From Hyaloraphidium curvatum SAG 235-1 (taxonomy: Eukaryota > Fungi > Monoblepharomycota): a stretch of DNA of 64,000 nt. Below, in pieces: positions 57,579 through 64,000 of the stretch (its first letter is position 1; every line of letters begins with the position of its first letter). A program made the position numbers and the translations under genes. The stretch spans positions 1 to 64,000 of the forward strand of contig JAIVFI010000009.1 of NCBI GenBank assembly GCA_025558095.1, given 5' to 3'. A model generated the notes under the pieces. That model was not told the DNA's origin. It saw only the letters and a list, made by a program, of their open reading frames with translations, and searched no databases.

Positions 57579-58671
57579 ATGGCCCCCGCCTTCTCGCCCG
57601 CCCGGCCGCGGACGGGCCTCGCGCGGCTCTTTCAGCGCTCGGAAAGGCCAAAGGAACCGGGCAATCCCGGCGGCCCGCGGGACTACGCTGGCGAAGAGGA
57701 CGCCCGCGCGCGGGACTGGTTCGCGGCCCGGGGGCTCCTCGACGACCCGCATTCGGCCGCGGGGGAAGGACCGCTGGGAGAAATGGACGAAATCGAGATC
57801 GCGTCGCTCAACTCGGCCCAACGGGGCTCGGCGTGGTGCTTCGCCGGGGTCGTCGAGCGCTGCCGCGATGCCGCCTCCAACGGCGAGGTGACCTGCCTGC
57901 AAGACGACGCCGACGTGCCCCCCGAGGCACAGGGCACCCTGCCGTGCCACGTGCTGCGCTTCCCGCGGAGCAGGTTCCGCGACGACCAGCCCGTGGCCAA
58001 CCGCTCGGTCGTGGCCTCGCGGCCGCTGCAGCCGCCCTTCCCGCGCGAGAGGGGACTGCACTACTTCGAGGTCACGGTGCTGGAGATGCTCCCAGCGCAC
58101 TCTTTCTACGTCGGGCTCGTGGTGCCGCCGTTCCCCGACTTCCGAATGCCGGGCTGGCACGCCAACTCGATAGGATTTGGGTCGCGCGAGGGGAGCTTGT
58201 TCTTCGGCGACAGGCACGGGCCGGTGCCTTACATCAGCGGATTCAGGAAGGGGCAGACCATCGGGTGCGGGGCGCTGCTCGCGGACGAGGGTGGCGCGCT
58301 GGGCTTCTTCTTTACCAAGGTGATCTTGCCCCGGTCTGATCCCCGAATCCCAAAGCTCACCTCCTCCATCCCCACAGGACGGCCGCCTCATGCATCCCAG
58401 CGGTTTCGGCACCGTGCACCAACCCCTCGATGCCCTGATCGAACTCCCCCCGTGTGCCCAGCCCTTGCTCCGGAAGCTCGTCCACGCCTGCGTGGGCACC
58501 AACGGCCCCGCCAAGCTGGCGTGCAACTTTGGCGAGCGGCCGTTCGCGTGGGACAGGGCCAACGACAACGCCGTGGTGGCGAGGACGGATTCGGGGTGTT
58601 GGGCGGACGATCCGAGGTTCGGAGACTGGGAACCGCTGCCACCATACCCTGGATACCCAAAACTTGGATAG
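57579..58671 (+). CDS. SPRY-domain protein (Ssh4-like), 1 intron
   Basis: LHYFEVTV, FRMPGWHANSIG, GQTIGCG, FFFTK|DG, CNFGERPF. Confidence 0.85.
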
Positions 58672-58940
58672 GGCTGGATCACTCATGATCGTTTGGTGCG
58701 GATGACGAGTTAGAACCGATGCCGTTGGGACGATTGCCTGCCGTGGGCGCCAACCCTCGCTACACGGTCCTGGAGCCTCTTTCGTGCTGACCACTTTTTA
58801 GAGGATAGACAGATGAATTAGAAAATAGACATCTATCGATTGCCACCTCGATCGCGCCATCCCGCAGGACGTCGTCAGCGGCCCGCCATCGATCGCATAC
58901 CTCGCCTCCGCCGTGCCGAACCGCCGAAAAGAACGCCGCG

Positions 58941-60254
<1,314 letters not shown>

Positions 60255-60851
60255 GGCCCGGGACGGACACCGGGAGTGGAGAGAGTGGTTTCTAGATGTA
60301 GACGAAGAGAGCCTCTATGTCGAACGATAACTTTTCTGTCTCATCGACTCGAGAGGTTGTCTGATACAATGTCGATCGCAACGTCCTCCGCTGATTTGGC
60401 CCATCCGGGGCGAGAAATGCCGATGCAAGCACTTAAACACGACATCCGCCTTTGGGAGCCACTTTCGGAGGGCAACAGGTCCGGATCGCGAGTTTGTGCA
60501 TTGATCCGCCGAACCGGGTCCGACCGCCAACGCGGCGCCACCAAGCGCGGCGTGTTTTTCCGCGGCTTGCGCGGCACTTCGGAACCTTCGCCCCGGCGCC
60601 ACGTCAGAGGGAGGCAGCTGCCGCAGGACACCGTCCCGCGCGCTGCCATCCCCCGGGCCACTTTGAACCGGCTCCGGCGCCGCAGGGCGCCCGGCGGGGC
60701 GGGTCGACGTCGGCGCCTGTCAACCGCCTGCGCAGTGCCATCGGAGCCCTCCCGAGACCTAGAGGACACTTCAACACCCATCCGCCGGACCTAATCGTCT
60801 GGAATTCTCCTGAATTGCGCTCCGAAAGCTCCTCGGCACTTTGTTGGCACG

Positions 60852-62654
60852 ATGTACGGTCGCGGCGCCTTCCATCTTGGACGGCAGATCCTCGCGCCGG
60901 CCCACGGCCACTTCCAGTCGGGTCAGGCATACTCGCTATGGCAGGCCGGCTCGTCGGTCGCCTCGGGCTCGGCGGAGGACGAGAACGCCAAGCGGCGCGG
61001 CATGGGACACCACCCGCTGACAGCCACCACCGGCCACACGCACGCCCCGGCGAAGGCCATCCCGCCGACGCCGTGGCACCCTGCCCGTGTCGGCCAGCGG
61101 CTTCCCCATGGTGGCCACGTGGCCCCTGGAGCCCAGGGACATGCCTTCCCCGCCCTTCTCTCGTCGCCGGCTCCGCCTCCGCGCACCGCGGCCGGCAGCT
61201 CGGCAGATCCGCTGGCGAACCTCGGCCTGGACATGCTGCGCGGTATCAGGGCCGCACACGATCAATCCACCAAGGCCGTGGACTCGTTCGACCCCTTCGG
61301 CGAAGACGCCGCGGACATGCCGCTCGTAGCGGCGCTGTCGGGCGCAGCCGGGGCCTTCCACCCCGAGCACGGCCACGCCACCCGTTTCCTTGCCGTCGAC
61401 ATGGACGCATCCCGTCGGCATTCTGAGCCGATGCCCATCTTTGCCCCCGAGGTCGACACCGCCCCGCGCCGGGCGTCTCATCCGGTCTCGCCGTCCAGGC
61501 AGGCGCAGGTGGCACCCAAGCTCCCCCGCGGCAAGGATTACGGGGCGCTGATCAAGCAGCTCGGCAAGGAGGGCGGATGGGAGCGCGTGAGAGGTGTCTG
61601 GGAGGAGATGGAAAGGGGAGGCGTGGTTCCCGATCTCGGTGCGTTCACCTGGGGCGGTTGTCACGCTGCTTCATTCTGACGACGATGTTTCGGTTCAACG
61701 CGCACAGCTACGCGCAACGCCTACCTAGAGCACCTCGGCCGGCATCCGTCGCGCCTGCCGCTGGCGCGCCGCTTCTTCCTCTCCCTCCCTCTGGCCCACC
61801 GCAACCTGGCCACCTACAACGTCATGGTCAAGATGCACTCGGTCGCCCTCCAGCCCGAGCTCGCCGAGCAGTACTTCCTCGCCATCTCCAGCGAGGGCGG
61901 CGTCGCCCGCACCCCCTCTGGCGGCTGGGCCGTCACCCCCCTCGAGCCCAACGTCGTCTCGCGCACGCACCTCCTCGACGCCTACGCCCGCGCCGGCCGG
62001 CTGCCCCCCGCCCTCGCCGTCTTTCGCGAGATCGACACCTCGCGCCCGCCCGCGACCCCGGAACAGCTCCGCGTGGCATACAAGCACCTCCTCGTCGCAC
62101 ACGTCAACGGCGGCGACGTCCCCGGCGCCATGCGGCACTTCCGGCGCATGCGCGAGCGCGGGATCCCCGCCGACCCGTTCTCGTACGCGCTGGCGGCGAG
62201 GCACGCGCCCACGCTGGCCGAGGCCCGCGATGCGCTGGCGAGCTACCCTGGCCGGCCCGACGCGCGGATGCTCGAGGCCGGTTTCCTGGCCCATGCGAGG
62301 GCCGGGGAGTGGGACGGCGCGTGGGCGTGGTTCGCGCGCGCGCTGAGGGAGCGGCCCGGGGCGAGGATCTGGTCGGCTCTGGCGCGCGGCGTGTTTGGCG
62401 ACGCGCAGCACCGCGAGGCCGATGAGTTCGACGGTGATTTGCTCGAGGGGATGGAGGGCGAGGGTGAGCTGACGGACCGCCTCGGGGTACTGGACGCCCT
62501 GGGGATGTCCGCGCCCGCGCAGTCCGGGCCGTCGAGGGAAGAGGCAGAGAAGGCGATCGCGGCGGCGGTCGTCGGGATGGAGCGGGCCGGGATCACGAGG
62601 GGAGACAGGGAGCGGGCGAGGGAGGAGCTGACGAGGAGATGGTCGAGGCGCTGA
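60852..62654 (+). CDS. Pentatricopeptide-repeat (PPR) protein
   Basis: DYGALIKQLGK..EEMERGGVVPD, PNVVSRTHLLDAYARAG, MRERGIPADPFSY; an intron or break near 61650-61710. Confidence 0.82.
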
Positions 62655-62795
62655 GGGCGCTTCGATTTTCGGAAATCTTGGGATCCTTTTGGATCAATGT
62701 AGATAGTGCAAAGGCGTTCTAGACCAATGGCGTAGATGTGCGAGAGGATAGCGAACTCTCGGCCACGAGGTCTAATGATAAATTACCATCACTCG

Positions 62796-64000
62796 TTAAC
62801 TCAGCCCGTGTGGGAAGGTGTGGGAAGGACAAAGACTAGCCCAGACAGAATCCCTACCACGCGGCCTCAACAGCACACCTGCGCCGAAGCAGTTGCTCCC
62901 ACGTCGTAGCTCGCCGAGCACGGGTTGCTGCACCCCGATGTCGAACAGTCCATCCCAGAGAAGGAAAACTCCCACGAGAGCGTGCTGGGTACCGGCGCGG
63001 GCAACGTCGAGAGGTCGACCGGGGAGCCGACGGCCAGCGGGAGGTTGCTGAATCCAGGGATGGCAATCCTGGCGTCGTCGAAGAAGGTGATTGTTGCGGA
63101 GGTGAAGCCGCGAGTGGTCGAGACGAGGGTGAAGTGGTTCCAGCCCTGGAACGACTGCGTGCCTGCAGATTCGGTGGTTGACATGCGGCGCGGCCCAGGT
63201 GGCCGAGGTGCACCTACAGCTGCTGTTTGCGAGCACGACCGGTGTATAGCTCGCCGAACCCTGCGGATCGTTCGTGCAGCCCTTTGTCTGGGTGAAGGGG
63301 TTGAAGAGCCAGATAGCGCCGGAGTGAGCGTTCGTCCCTGGGGAAAACAGTCGTTTTCAGGGCCAAGAAGCTACCGGCGGCGAGGAAATTCACAGTAGCA
63401 CGTCGGCGTCTGCTCTCTGATCACGTATGTGCTGTAGGTTGCTGCGGACGGGGCCAGATTGAGCAGTGGCCACACGCCGGTGCACAGTTGGTTAGTGGTC
63501 ATGTCGAAACAGCCCACGCCCGAGTCGTAGGGGAAAAGGTACTTGGTCCCCGTGAAGATTGTTCCCGATGCGACCATGATTTCGAGCCCAGTGTTTCCGG
63601 GGTTGACGGGCCCCGCAACCAGCGTCCCAGCGAAGTCCCAGCAGCGGATCTGGCCGCTGGAGGTGTCAAAAGCGTACGGAAGCTGCTTAACGCCGCCAAT
63701 GCAGATGCCCGCCGGGTTTCCCGCGGATGGGACATATGGGAAAAGGCTCGCCGCCTTGCCTTGATCGGCGTCCACCGTTACGTCCGATGGAACCGCGACG
63801 CGCCCGTCTGTCCCGAAACCCGAGCACATCTGCTTAGTGGCAACATCCCAGCAGAATATGTAGTTCTGGTTGAATATGCTCCCCTGGGGGATCCCGTTCA
63901 AGTAGATGAAGATGCGTCCAGCCGTCTCCTGGATCCACGCCGCATCCTCGAAGATACCGTTGGTAGCTGCGACCACCCAGCCACTCGGGTAAGTGATGGG
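62796..64000 (-). CDS. C-terminal part of a large Cys-containing, probably extracellular protein (continues past the window)
   Basis: Repeated C-W/F-D-x-x-T-x-Q-x-C blade-like motifs in 63371-63976; Cys-rich ORF 62867-63184. Confidence 0.5.

Overview
GC-rich eukaryotic nuclear DNA, gene-dense, with short (about 50-90 nt) spliceosomal introns. The gene content suggests an early-diverging zoosporic fungus, possibly a monoblepharid such as Hyaloraphidium; this taxon call is inference only. The window starts with the 3' end of a Ty3/Gypsy chromovirus and then carries about 40 protein genes. Many look bacterial in sequence yet contain introns or organellar presequences (metZ, cNMP-TrxB, ZnF-UBP, DUF6209-like, SnoaL/NTF2, HPP, NHL). 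Highlights: (1) a cyclic-nucleotide-binding/TrxB-like flavoprotein lacking CXXC sits head-to-head (134 bp apart) with a stand-alone bacterial-type UBP zinc finger, which looks like a bacterial gene pair retained as an intron-containing fungal module; (2) an Rhs-toxin/ADP-ribosyltransferase-like domain is fused to an IQ motif; (3) a stand-alone type I PKS ketosynthase; (4) a mosaic NUMT of LSU rRNA and tRNA-Gln; (5) a candidate gustatory-receptor-like 7TM channel; (6) an unusual dominant 5' splice donor, GTGGG(T/C). Exon structures were assembled by eye and family names come from motif recall, not database searches.
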